Part shown: piece after piece, positions 1 through 11,722 of the stretch | Layout: every line of letters starts with the position of its first letter | Numbering within the stretch: the stretch's first letter is position 1 | Assembly (NCBI GenBank): GCA_965178125.1 | Contig: OZ237736.1 | Coordinates: 1,612,001-1,676,000 of the forward strand | Source of the DNA: Bilabrum cf. latius | Lineage: Eukaryota | Direction of reading: 5' to 3' | Length of the DNA stretch: 64,000 nt | Made by a program: the position numbers and the translations under genes | Notes under the pieces: generated by a model | What the model was told of the DNA's origin: nothing | Seen by the model: the letters and a program-made list of their open reading frames with translations, nothing else | The model's database searches: none

Positions 1-3000
1 CCCCCTGCCTACGCGTCGGCCCCCTCGTCAGGGCCCGTGGCGGCGGACTTGCCCCTGGACGCCCCGCTCTGCGTGTCGCTGGTGCCCTCTGCCTGGCCAG
101 GCAACCTCGCCCGCATGCCGGCCTCGGCATCAGCCGCGCTGGGCTCCCGCCCGGACCGAGGCACCCGCTCCGGCACGGGCTCGGCGGCCGACCCGGAGTG
201 AGACCTCTCCGCGTCGCTGATGATCCCGGTCGCAGGCACCACCTCGTCCTGAGACACGTCCTCCTGTCGGGCGGAGGAGCCCCCTGCGCCGTCCTTGGGG
301 GCACCTGCCCCAGCTCGCCGGGCCCACGAGAGCCGGGACTGCATCTCAGGCCGCCAGCTCTGCCCGTGCTCCATCACTGAGGTCGAACGACGGCGAGACG
401 AAGAACCGGCTGCGGGACCGCTCGACTCATGCACGGATCCAGACGCCTGCGACACCTGCAACGAACCGCTCCCAAACGCCGAGGACTCTGCCCCGGGCTG
501 GTCGTGCGCGGAGTGTGCGGACCCATGGGCTGGCACCCCCTGCTGGCTCCTAGAGTGCCCCGGGGTCTCGTCAAGCAGCGACCGCCGCGAGCCCGAGACG
601 AGTGCTTCCACTTCTCCGCTGGGTCGCCGCTCACGCCTGCTCCTTGGTTTCCCTTGAGTCACCAGAACCGCCAGCCGGGGGGCCCGGGCGGACCCAGATC
701 TCACGTGCGTTGTCCCTTCATTGCGGCCCTGGGGCTGCTCCACGCGGTCCCCTGGGTCAAGCGGAGGTGTTGGAACGACCCCGATAGGCCCTCTGACGTC
801 AGTTCCGCTCGAGTCAGAGCTCCCATGTTCCACAGAGGGTGGGGCCGCTCGCAGACCGACGGAGCGCCGTTCCGACACAGGACTTGCAGCCCCAACCGCG
901 CTCCGCACCCGCGGCGGAGTGGCCACTGCATCGAAGGTACGCCTGCGGCCAATAAACGCACCCCTTGCACCGGGAGGTCCGTCGGCATCGGAGGCTGACG
1001 TCGGCTCCGTCTCGGATCCGCCAGTGGCGAGCCCCCTGCCCATGTCCCTGTCGACCGGCAGGTCAACGGATCCGAATCGGCTCTTGCGGTTGCCCCTTGC
1101 GCCCCGGGTGGAGGGCATTCCGCCCATGCTGCCGCCGCCTATGCCGTGCGATGTGCTCGACCACCCGCGGCGACCGGCCGGGCCGCCCCACGGCCGCTGT
1201 CTGCTCTGCGGCTGTGGAGTCCTGGACTCGCCGGGCCCGTGCCTGACCGCACGACCTGCCCCCGCGCTGATAGACAGACCCCGCTGGTGTGGCGAGCCTG
1301 CGAAACCTGCGGGAGACGCCGCCAGCGGTGAGCTAAAAGCATCCGCGGGAGACGTCATGGCCGCGGCGGCACCCATGAGTCCGAAGGAGAGGCCCGGCAT
1401 GGGGCCACCCACGGGTGTGCTGGCCGCATGAATCCTGGGAGACGGCACTTTGGAAGGCACGCGGCGGTGCCTCCGACGACCAGACAGCGTGCTGCTGTGT
1501 CCTGCCACGCTCCCGGACCGATGACTCCTTGTGCCTGCGGGCGAACCCAACTCCATGGGGCCACCGCCCCCGCCCCCGCCATCGCCATCTCTGCCACCAG
1601 TGCCTCTGCCCCCACTCGCGGCGGTAGCAGCGTCTCGGGTGCCGACGATCACAGACCGGCTGCGGCTGCGGGTCGCAGATTGTGACGAGTGCGATGCTAC
1701 TCCTGTCGTCGAGGCCGCAGCACCTCCAGCGGCCCGCCTCCCGCCCTCCGCGAGCATCCTGCCCTGCGAGGACCTGCGGCGGCTGCCAGGGGCCCTGTGC
1801 GTAGGGGTGGCCTGAGAGCTGGCAGCCATGTGCGTGTTGGTGATGCTGCGGTTCGAGTCCCCGGATTCTAGGGCCCCCCGGCTGTCCTTGCGACCAAACC
1901 CCGCGGTGGAGGCGCCACCGGTCGGTGTGCGCTGCCCCCTGGTCAGCTGGATCTCGGAAGCCGGAGGCAGGGCAGAGTCGCACCCTGTGACCCGTGGCAC
2001 CTCTCGCCCATCCCCGCGGGAGGAGCCTGCAGCCACTGATTGGGACCTGTGATCGCGACTGCTGGTGACTCGCACCCCAGTACCCGCGTCTTCCCCCGGC
2101 AGGGATGCGTCGGCGTCGGCGTCGCCCCCTTCGAATGGTGTGTGGGACTGGGACTGGGACCTCGAGTGGGGGTGCGGGTGAGGAACAGACCCCTGCATCT
2201 GCATGCTCAGCTGCTGCTGCTGCAGCATCTACTGCTGCTAGAGCATCTACTGCTGCATCTGCATCTGCATGGCCATGCTGTATCTCGCCAAACTGCCCAT
2301 CACCCCTGCGCCCACAGGCCCCTGCAGCGCCTCGGACGCTGGCAGCACGCTGCGACTGCCACGCATGTGCGACCGCCGTCTCCCTGCACCGCCGGCTCCG
2401 CCCGGTGTGCTGCCCCCTCCACCACTAGTCCCATGCCCGCTGAAAAACCACCCATGATGGCCTCCTGAGCTGCTCGTAGACCCCCCAGCGATCGCCCCCA
2501 GCTGGGGGGATCTCCCAGAATGCACCGGGGCCCGAGCTGCACCGAACATTCCGCCCATTCCGGCCCCAGGTGTCAGTGTACCGCCCATTCCCATCCCCAA
2601 CATGCTTCCTGGGCTTCGCACAGCGGACGGCATGGTGAAGTGTGACGAGGGCGACTCCACAGCCACCGACCTGGAGCGGCCTCTGGTTTGGGGCAACTGC
2701 AGTCCGCCCATGCCCAAGCCCACGCCCATCGGCTGTCGATCAGCCGCCCAGTTTTGCCCGCTGTCCTGCCTGCGCCTTCCCGCCCTAGACCCACCCCCAT
2801 CTCGATCTCGACCTCGATCTCGACCTCGGTCTCGGTCGCCCGTTCCCACTCCCCGCCCGCTGCCACCCCAGCCCCCACCCCCACCCCCGGTCTGCTCCCG
2901 GCCCAGCCGCCCCGCCGACGACCGGCGCCCCTCCGGCCCCCCGTGCCCAAGCCTGCTCCCGCTGCCCCCGCGCCGTGGGGCCTCTCTCTAGCTAGACCGG

Positions 3001-3644
3001 CCTCCCACCGAGTGCCCCGCCACACTACCCCCCGCAACTCCACCCCCTCCCCCCGGCGGCCGCCGCCTCTCTCTCCCCATTGCCATGCCACGGCTGCCCG
3101 CGGAGCCCTAGCGGTCCAGGCGAGAGGCCGGGGACAGCGCGCCCCTCTCTCCCGCCCGATCGGACTCGTCGCCTGACCCTCGCGCCCCTCGGTGGGGGAT
3201 GCCGCCCGAGCCGCCACGCTCCAGAATGCCGACGCTGCTGATCGAGGCACCGGTGGCAGAGGAGGCAGCTCGGCGATCCCGCACTCTTCCGTGCCGTGGC
3301 TGGTCCCTATCAGGCGTATGTGCCCCTGCCATTGCTGCAAATACCTAAGAGGATGACCGGGCGGCAGCGCCACTGCCACTGCCGTCGTCGGTGCCTTGAC
3401 CTGGTTGCATCGAGGCAGATCGAGAAACCATGGAAGGAATTGACATGGACGAGACGCGCCTACCATCTCTATACGATGCAAGCTACTATCGCGGTGATCC
3501 AGTATCGCCCTGTTGCACCATTCCGCTCCCAGTAGCAGATGCATGCGCATTCCGACCCGTGGATTCCAGCATGGCTGTGTGGACTGTCGAAGCCACCGAC
3601 CCACGACGCCGATCACTTTGCTGGTCCTGCTAGGGCGACGACAT
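1..3644 (-). CDS. Hypothetical low-complexity S/G/R/Q-rich protein, >1200 aa, 3'-partial (runs off the window), 10 in-frame TAG
   Basis: One frame runs from ATG 3644 (upstream in-frame TGA at 3720-3722) to the window edge. It joins ORFs 3108..3332, 2247..2849 and 9..2228. The only interruptions are TAG at 3630, 3486, 3483, 3345, 3108, 2988, 2247, 2238, 2229 and 9. No recognisable domain. Confidence 0.75.
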
Positions 3645-4260
3645 CACTGTATGTATTGCAATGAGGATTCGTGCGCGCTGACACACAACAGCACTGCGAA
3701 CGGCTAGGGTCGCTCCAAATCAGCAGTGTTCGGTGGGCCTCCCTGGCTGGTGTTCGAACCAGCTGCTGCAAGTGCGCAGCCGCCAGACCCGAGATAGCCA
3801 GTATTCAACTTGTATCGGCTGGCCTTACGTCCACAAAACGGGCCAGACGACAGGTTCTTGTGGAGGTAGACCTTGGCCTCGACTTCGCAAGCGGTTGCAA
3901 CCGGTTATCACTCGATTCGTGGTCGCAACTGAGTTCACGGTAGATCTATAGTAGGGGCAGCACTGCCTTGGCAAGTTGCCTTTGTGGAAGTTTGGGGGTT
4001 GTGGCCAGTAGAAGTTTGCAGCAATACGTTGAAAGTGCATCGAGGTGGGTGAGGCTTGGGGTGGCACTCGAGCTGGGCAACATGGTGAGTATCACCCACG
4101 TGGCGCGCCCGGCCGAACGTGTGCAGGTGTGTGGTATGGTGTTCGCAAGCGGCGCAATTTGCCTTGTATATCCTTGTTGCCGTGCGGGTGACGGTACCTC
4201 GTGGCCCCCCGCTGCCCCCTATCTTCATCTTCATCTACACCTTCATCTTCCACACTGTCT

Positions 4261-5898
4261 TCATCGTTTCTTGCCGTACACGGCGAGCAGCTTGTCCTTG
4301 TGCTGGGGAGGCACGACCTGCTGCTTGAGCATCGCTGCCGTGGGTGGGACCACATGGATCACGCGGCGGCCAGGGGCCTCCACAACCCCTGCACGGTCCC
4401 TGTCCAGCAGGTCCTGCCTCAGCTTCGCGAAGGCACCTGCGCTGGCGGCATCTCGCGGGTCTGGCTGCACGACGAGGAAATGCCTGCCCTCACGCATGGG
4501 GAACCAGGCCTGAATCTTGTCCAGGTGGGCGCGCGCATGGATGCGGTACTCGGTGGGACTGCGGGGGCAGGGCTTGGGCAAGGGGACTCGCATGCGGAGG
4601 ATGGGACACTCGACACTAGAGAAGCAGCCAGGGATAATGGGCATGCGTGGGACCGGAGCAGTGCCTACGGCGCGACAAATCCAGCACAAAAGTCGATCGG
4701 CGGAGCACGGGGGAGCATGGAGACAACAAGAAGCATCTCACAGCTAGACGCCGACGTAGTCATCGCTTGAAGAGGCCCGAGCTAACTGCACCTGGAGCTC
4801 GCACAGCCCCGGCATGATGAGCTTGCCGCTGCCAAGCACATCTGCGGCGCTTACGTCTCCGGCAGCCCCGGCATCGTTACCAGACGCGTGGTCTGCAACA
4901 CCGGATGAAGATGAAGATGCAATAGCCGATGACGATGATGATGATGATGTACCACTGGATACGGCAGCTGCTGGGTTGTACGCATCTGATGATGCGGCAG
5001 CAGCTACTTGATCCGAAGAGAACGCGGCCCTCAGATCTGATGCCGCTGCAGCCCTCGGATCTGATGCCGCTGCAGCCCTCGGATCTGATGCCGCTGCAGC
5101 CCTCGGATCTGATGCCGCTGCAGCCCTCGGATCTGGTGCCGCTGCAGCCCTCGGATCTGATGCCGCTGCAGCCCTCGGATCTGATGCCGCTGCAGCCCTC
5201 GGATCTGATGCCGCTGCAGCCCTCGGATCTGATGCCGCTGCAGCCCTCGGATCTGATGCCGCTGCAGCCCTCGGATCTGATGCCGCTGCAGCCCTCGGAT
5301 CTGGTGCAATCGGCAGCGTCGGTGGCGCAGACGCCTGTCTCGGGTCCTCCACTGCGCCAGGCTGCATGCCCGCTGGTGGCAACCCCCCTGACTAGTCTAT
5401 TCTAGCACGTTTCGAATCCGGCATGTCATGGCTGCCCGCCAACCCTGGTGCTAGTGCACCGGGTGCTTGTCCCAACAAACCACCCCCACTCGGTGGAGGC
5501 GGGGCAACGCGCTGCCCAAGGCTAGGGGCACCCATCTACGGCAGCGAGTTAGATAAGTTTCCGGCAAACTATGGCTGTACATTTGCTTCTCCAATTGGTC
5601 GCTTCTGGCCAAGCGCTGGAGCGGACCCGCCCCATCTCGAAGCTGTCGGAGCCACGGGGACCTGTGCTTGACCAATCTGGGCTACAGAACCAGCTTGGGG
5701 GCGTTGTATGTTACTTGGATGCTGTTTTCTTTCATCAGACGAGATAAATTTCACCCCGGCTGCGGTTGGGCCTGAATAGAAGGAGCCTGATCCTGCAGGA
5801 TTCTGAGCCGGAGCTGGGAGAGATGACTGCGGCCCAAGACCAACCTCCTTCACGCCAGCACCCCAGCCACCATCTCCATCACTATCTGAATCACTCAT
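4261..5898 (-). CDS. SPOC-domain protein with a central (SDPRAAAA)n repeat, about 484 aa, 4 in-frame TAG
   Basis: Exons 5898-4742 and 4558-4261; intron 4741-4559 is GTGAGA...CCGCAG. TAG at 5569, 5536, 5392 and 4744. The spliced C-terminus SGKLIMPG...GV*LPTEYRIHAR...AFAKLRQDLLDRDRAGVV...IHVVPP fits the SPOC pattern (LP..L.I..R; F..L...L....RAGV; PP). Ends TGA. Confidence 0.7.
5028..5308. repeat. Coding 24-bp tandem repeat, 11 full copies plus a partial (unit ccctcggatctgatgccgctgcag)
   Basis: Directly visible near-identical units. Encodes (S/P)DPRAAAA on the minus strand within the SPOC gene. Confidence 0.95.
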
Positions 5899-6051
5899 AA
5901 TCTGCGTTACGATGTCCTCTATTCGCGACTACAAAGAATATATTTTGTTGAGGCAAATGTCTGTAACGTGCAGTTACCGAAATCCTCGCGAACCAAAATC
6001 GCCAATGTTCAAGCCAAGTGTTCTACGTTAGAACGCAAACTATTGCCCACC

Positions 6052-9000
6052 ATGGCAGCTCGTCTGGGGGTGACGGCTATTATGGCGACTTGGGCTGCGA
6101 CTAGATACTTTTCAGCCTCATCAAATGGTCCCAGAATGCGTGGGTCGCAGGTGTCCGGTGCTTAGGGTGCCGATGAAAATGAGCTCTCTTCCATTGAAAC
6201 CGACAGCGCGCTGGATGATTTGCGTGACTTGGTGATGCAGGCCGGTATCACTCGTGGACAGTCTCCGGCAATATCCTATGCAAGCGGACCGGCCTGGTAC
6301 GTGGTTGCGACGCCAGCTTCACGAGGCTTTCGAAGCAACAGTGATCGATAGGGCTCTTTCACGGGCACTGTCGGATCTAACGTGGAACCCGGTCAATTAG
6401 TAGGCGGATACCGGTCTCGATCTCCCTCTTTTATATCGTTTGTTGCTGAATTGCAGGCAGACAGCAGCAGGAAAGGATCCGACCAGTTCGGTATGCACGG
6501 CAGCGCTTTCAGGCATTCTTCCCAATTATCGGCAATCGGTATGTTAAGGGACATTGTTGCAGACCTTGATGCAGCTCTGGTTCCTGCATGGTCGGCGTTC
6601 CACGAGCCGAGCCCCCCTGGACTGGTTCCCGATCATCGCGGCTTTGGGCCATCGAAAGAGAGAAGTATCGCGGATGAAGGTATTCAATAGAGTACTCTTT
6701 TTCATGCCACTGCTTGGGCTGCACTGGAAGCCGCGGCAACTGGCACTCCCATGGATGCGACGGTTGGGCAAACGGAGGCATCCGCCCCGGACGACTCGGT
6801 GCCTGGGGGGGAGGCACCTGACCCGATCCTCGCCGAGGAGGCACCCAAGGGGTCTGCCCCTGCCCCAGTTGCCGTGGACCCATTGGTTGGACTTGCATCA
6901 TCGGCGAGCAGCACCGAGCAAGAGGCCGCCGGGGAGGCCCCCCCCCCCATGTCGGAGCTGACTCCGTGGGGCTCCTCCATGGCCGCCCAGCTGTCGCAGT
7001 GGACCTTCGGAGACCCCAGCAAGGAAACCGTCGCCTGCCTGCGTCGGGTGGAGAAGAAGTACGGCTGCCAGGCCGTGGGGTGTGACGACCAGGTGCAGGG
7101 GTTCATCAACTACCTGGCCACGCACGAGTGCACCATGGGGGAGGTGAACCTCAAGTGGCTCTCGTGGATCTGCATGATCGTCTGGCTCGTGTACCTCCTA
7201 TTCATGCTGGGAGACACGGCGGATGAGTTCTTCTGCCCCGTGCTGGACCAGATCGTGATCGTCACGCAAATCTCTCCAAACCTGGCGGGAGTCACCTTCC
7301 TGTCCCTCGGTAACGGGGCGCCCGACGCGGCCGCCTCCATCGCCGCCACACTCTCGGGGCAGCTGGATGTGGGCGTCAGCGCCGTCATCGGGGCCGGTGT
7401 CTTCGTGACCACGGTGGTGATCGCGGCGGTGATCCTCTCCAGCGAGGTGACCCTCAACCGGCGGCCCTTCCTGCGGGACACCATCTTCTACCTCGTGGCC
7501 ACGCTCTACCTCCTGGTTTGCTTCTCGGACAAGAAGGTGCACCTCGGGGAGGCCCTCGGCTTCCTCGGCATCTACGTCGTCTTTGGATCCGTGGTGGTGG
7601 TGGGCCGGCAGCTGTACCAGGGTTGGAAGGGCAAGGAGGCTGAGGAGCAGGGCGATCTGCTCGACATGGGGGCAGCGGGTGGCAAGGGTGCCGGCGCGAT
7701 GGTGGTACCTGCGAAGGGCAAGGTGCTCACGGCAGGTCCCGGGCCTAGCCCCCTGGGGACCAGCCGGCGGTCGCTGCTAGGCGACGGGCCGGCTGGCGGC
7801 AGCGGTCGAGCAGGAGCAGGTGGCGGGAGGTCGCGCGCCTTTTCGGACGAGTGGATGGCTTCGGAGCGGAAGACCGAGGTGGCGGCTCGGCTGCACGACG
7901 TCATGGAGGAGGAGGGCGATGAGGAGGACAGCGGGGCCGAGGGCGGGGAACAGGGACAAGGACAGGGACAAAGTCAGGCGGGCGAGTCATCGAGCGGGGC
8001 CGGGGTTGCTGCTGCTGCACCTGGCGCCGAAGACCGCAGCCCCAGCGCTGTCCGTCGGCACGCGAGCTGGAAAGACGCCAAGAACAGCGCCATGCGGTCG
8101 TCAGCCCGCTCGCTGGTCATGGGTAAGAAGCGCAGGTCGCTGCTGCCGGGAGACAAGGTGTTTGCCGAGGCGGCCGTGGAGGCGAGGACCGAGAGGGAGG
8201 CAGAAGTGGGGGGAGGCGCGGCGTCTGCCAGGAGCGGCCTCTCGCCGAGCCTACGCGAGGGGGGTGGTGCGGGCGCCCCGTTGCGGCTCCGCAGCGGCAG
8301 CCTGGTGGAGCGGGGTGACGGCTCCGGCGTGCACGGTGCAGTGGCGGCTGCCATCTTCGGTAGGCGCAAGAAGGGCCGGTCCCACAAGCACGCCAAGCAC
8401 GGGAAGGACGGGTACCACAAGCCGGCTGGGTTTTTCCACACGCATGAGAGGAGGGCCCGCATGTGGATGCGATTCGTGGTCGACGAGGAGAAGTCCATCC
8501 ATTCGGCGCGGGAGCGGGCTGCCAGGGGGCGCCAGTTGGGGGGGGGAGTCAAGGGTAGCTTGAACGTGGAGCACTCCGATGTCGCGAGCGACCGCCAATC
8601 GGACCAGGGCCCCGCCAAGTGGGACGAGAGCGGGGTGCCTCTGCTGCCCAGCTCCGACGGAGAGGGCGACGGCAGCGACGACGACGGAGAGGAAGAGGAG
8701 GCGGACATGTGCGATGCGTTCTGCGGAGACGACACGCTGCTGGGCAAGGCCCTCAACATGATCTTGTTTCCCAGCAACTTGCTGCGGCAGATCACCGTGC
8801 CAATGCTAGACGAGGACAGCTACGACTACCGATTCGTGGCGGTTACCACGTTCTTTGGGCTACCGTTCATGGCAGTGGTGGGGTACCAGACCATCGGGGC
8901 CGACCTCAGCGGTCTAACGGGTCCCATCCTACCGGGGGCCCCGGCGGGCGTGTGCGTGCTGCTGGTGCTCGGCCTCGTTGGGCTAGCCAAGAGCGTGGCC

Positions 9001-9615
9001 ATGTTCTTCACCCTTCCACGGGACGAGATCCCGCAGAGCTTCTTCATCGTAATCCCGCTACTGTTCCTCGGCTTCTTGACGAGCGTGTGCTGGATCATCG
9101 TTATTGCCAATGAGATCGTGGGGCTGCTGGAGGCTCTCGGCCTGCTGCTGTCAGTGCCGACCAGCGTGCTGGGGCTCACCGTGCTGGCCTGGGGCAACTC
9201 GCTGGGCGACCTGATCGCAGACATGACCGTGGCCAAGGAGGGCAAGCCCGAGATGGCCATCGCAGGCGCCATCGCAGGGCCCGGCTTCAACCTGGCGATC
9301 GGGCTGGGACTCAGCCTCGTCATCGGGGTGTCCAACCGCGTGGCTCAGCACGCGACCGACCCCTCCATTCCCCCGTACATCGACCTGACAAACCCGGACA
9401 ACACCACTCCGCTCCCGCCATCCTAGATCCGCGTGGTATGGACGCTGTTCGGGTTCTTGATCCTGAGTCTCGTGTCCATGCTCGTGATCGTGCCTCTGTC
9501 AAGCGACTCGTCCACCGGCAAGTACACCATGCCACGGTGGCTGGCCTACTACCAGCTGGCGTGCTACGCGGTATTCATGGTGCTTGCTTTCACCTTCACC
9601 TTTGCGGAGTTTTGA
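6052..9615 (+). CDS. Cation/Ca2+ exchanger (CCX/NCLX-like, CaCA superfamily), about 1187 aa, 4 in-frame TAG
   Basis: Alpha-1 repeat AGVTFLSLGNGAPD and alpha-2 repeat LGLTVLAWGNSLGDLIAD. The frame is open from ATG 6052 (cccaccATGG) except for TAG at 6163, 6349, 6688 and 9424. The last two TM helices (ORF 9433..9615) follow TAG 9424 in frame. Ends TGA. Confidence 0.9.
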
Positions 9616-9850
9616 GAAATGGAGAATCTGGCGAGGTGGCGCCAGAGCTCCGATTTATTTGGCCCGTGCACCGGACGGTCACCCTTGCATGGGGGGCGGG
9701 GGCGGTCTTGCTGCTCAGCAATGCCACCGACCAGTCCGAGTGTCCGGCTCGCCTCGGCCAAGAAAATAGATGATGCGAGCAGGGTGGCCAGGAGTCTGGT
9801 CTGCACTAGGCTGGTGGGTGCGTGTCATAGGGCGCGCTTGCGACAGCTGG

Positions 9851-10687
9851 ATGGCTGACTACCAGATCATGTTTCCAATCTATGTTTTGAATCGTCCCGC
9901 AGACATGTACACTACTCCACGTAGGTTACGTAGCGGGGCGCCCTGCCTGGAATGTATGCCCTGCCTCCAGTCGCATGGTCTCCCCTGCCTGCGATGTATG
10001 CCTTGCCTCCAATCGCATGGTCTCCCCTGCCTCGGCCGCTCTGTCCTGCGCTGCCCTCACCATCGCGTCCAGCTTGCGCTTCACCACGTCCCTCCGCTTC
10101 ATGCCTCTTCCCTCTCCATTGACAGCAGCAGCACGACGTGGAAGACCAGCTTGCTCCCATGCAGCAGGAGGGCCATGGCCTTGCTCACCGCCCCCACCAG
10201 GATCACAACGGTGCTACCCTCCCCGCCCACCTGCTTGGCGCCTGCCACGGCGACCGTGTAGCCCTCATCCAGCATCACGATCTCCACGGTGCTCACCGGG
10301 GAGCGGAGACAGGGACAGGGGTCGGCCCCACATGCTTTGGGGCCTGCTGCTCCGTCCACCGTTGGCGCACCCGCTGGAATTACCGCCACCGGCAGCTCAC
10401 CCGGGGGCGGTGTAGCGGCGCCTGTCCTAATGCCCCAAGCAGGGGCAGGCGGTGCGCCGCAGGTCCAGCCCCAGCACGGGCTAGTGGCCGCCTCCACAGC
10501 TGGTTCCAAGCGATCGAGGTCCCGAGAGGTTCACGGCGCCGGCGGTGAGGCTCAGTGCTCGCAGGGGGCCGGCGGGGGGGAGCCCAGCGGACAGGACTCA
10601 GCGGGCAGCACGGAACTTCCCGACACTGCGGTGGCAGCAGCCGACGGCGATCGAAGCTCGAAGCGAAGGCGGGTGGGTCGCGGGTGA
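9851..10687 (+). CDS. Possible hypothetical protein or gene relic (one in-frame TAG at 10259)
   Basis: ORFs 9770..10261 and 10289..10687 share a frame and are separated only by TAG. The C-terminal part has the host-typical A/G/S/Q-rich composition. No homology recognised. Confidence 0.3.
9941..10032. repeat. 42-bp tandem duplication (about 2.2 copies)
   Basis: ccctgcctggaatgtatgccctgcctccagtcgcatggtctc followed by ccctgcctgcgatgtatgccttgcctccaatcgcatggtctc and then ccctgcct. Confidence 0.85.
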
Positions 10688-11722
10688 GGTGGGTCCTCTT
10701 ACCTGCGCCCCCGATGGCACGCCCACGACAGGGAAAAGAGAGGTGGGGGGAGAAGGGGTGAATGTGTGAAAGTGTGAAGGTGGAGAAATGGGTGGAAGTT
10801 TAGTTTTGCTTTGATTTGTGTACGCATGAAAGACCTGTCCTGTACAAGTAGCCCCTTTATCACCAGTTTACATACGCACAACACTCGCCATGCCTCAGAG
10901 GCTTACTAGGCAACACACTCAACTGGAGGATTCATTGCCGGGGACACTGTGGCTCGTAAAAGGCCACGAGAGAGCGGCCATACCGTGAGCGTCTCGTCAC
11001 AGCGAATACCAGCGCACTCCCGAACCAATTGAATGCGTGTTATATACATGACCCAAGTCAAACCAGCTGGCCACAGAGAAGGGCACATAGCCTGGCGGAA
11101 CGTGACCTGTCAGAGCGATGCAGTCCTTTCTTCAACAGCGTCGGGCGGTTGATGGAATGCAGACCACGGACAAATCCATCTGAAGCATGGGTTCATCTCA
11201 ATAGAACATGCCTCACTGTGGGAGTTAGTTGTTGGGTCGCACTCGTTCGTAGCCTACAGACATGCAAAGCAATGAAACAAACAGCAAGTTGCTATAACGC
11301 CAAACGATATTACTTCAAATAGGCAGGTTTCTAAGACTTAGACCACCCGCTCGTAGGCTCTCTTGAAGAGTCTCTTCGTCATGTGCGCCCGCAGGCGCCC
11401 GCAGGCGGTTTTAATCTTCTTCTTGAAAGTTCAACACGCTACAAAGGACCTCTTGCAAACCCCCCGCCCTAATCAGTCATTTCGCGCACGTTTCGCAGGC
11501 CTGGTGTCAGCACTCTACTGAGAAACCTTAACCACTGCATGCTCCGCGTTCACGACATTCCTGAAGTTCGCGGGACTAAGTGAAATTGACGGCATCACAC
11601 CATCCTCATCTCGATCATCATCCTTTAGCCCGCAGGCGGTCGCAACTGCAACTTCAACTTCTCATCAAGTTGTTGAGGTCGCAGCGTCAAACCCCCACCA
11701 CTGATAGATTTCTGCCTTTGGC

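Noticed and set aside
3730-3810. Possible tRNA (GCTGG-TTCGAACA-CCAGC hairpin on the minus strand), checked as a candidate CUA suppressor
   Set aside because: The loop length is non-canonical, and I could not build a D-arm, an acceptor stem or a CTA anticodon arm. No tRNA gene was recognised in this window.
5028-5308. CRISPR-like array
   Set aside because: The 24-bp units are head-to-tail with no unique spacers, lie in frame within a eukaryotic CDS, and have no cas genes nearby.
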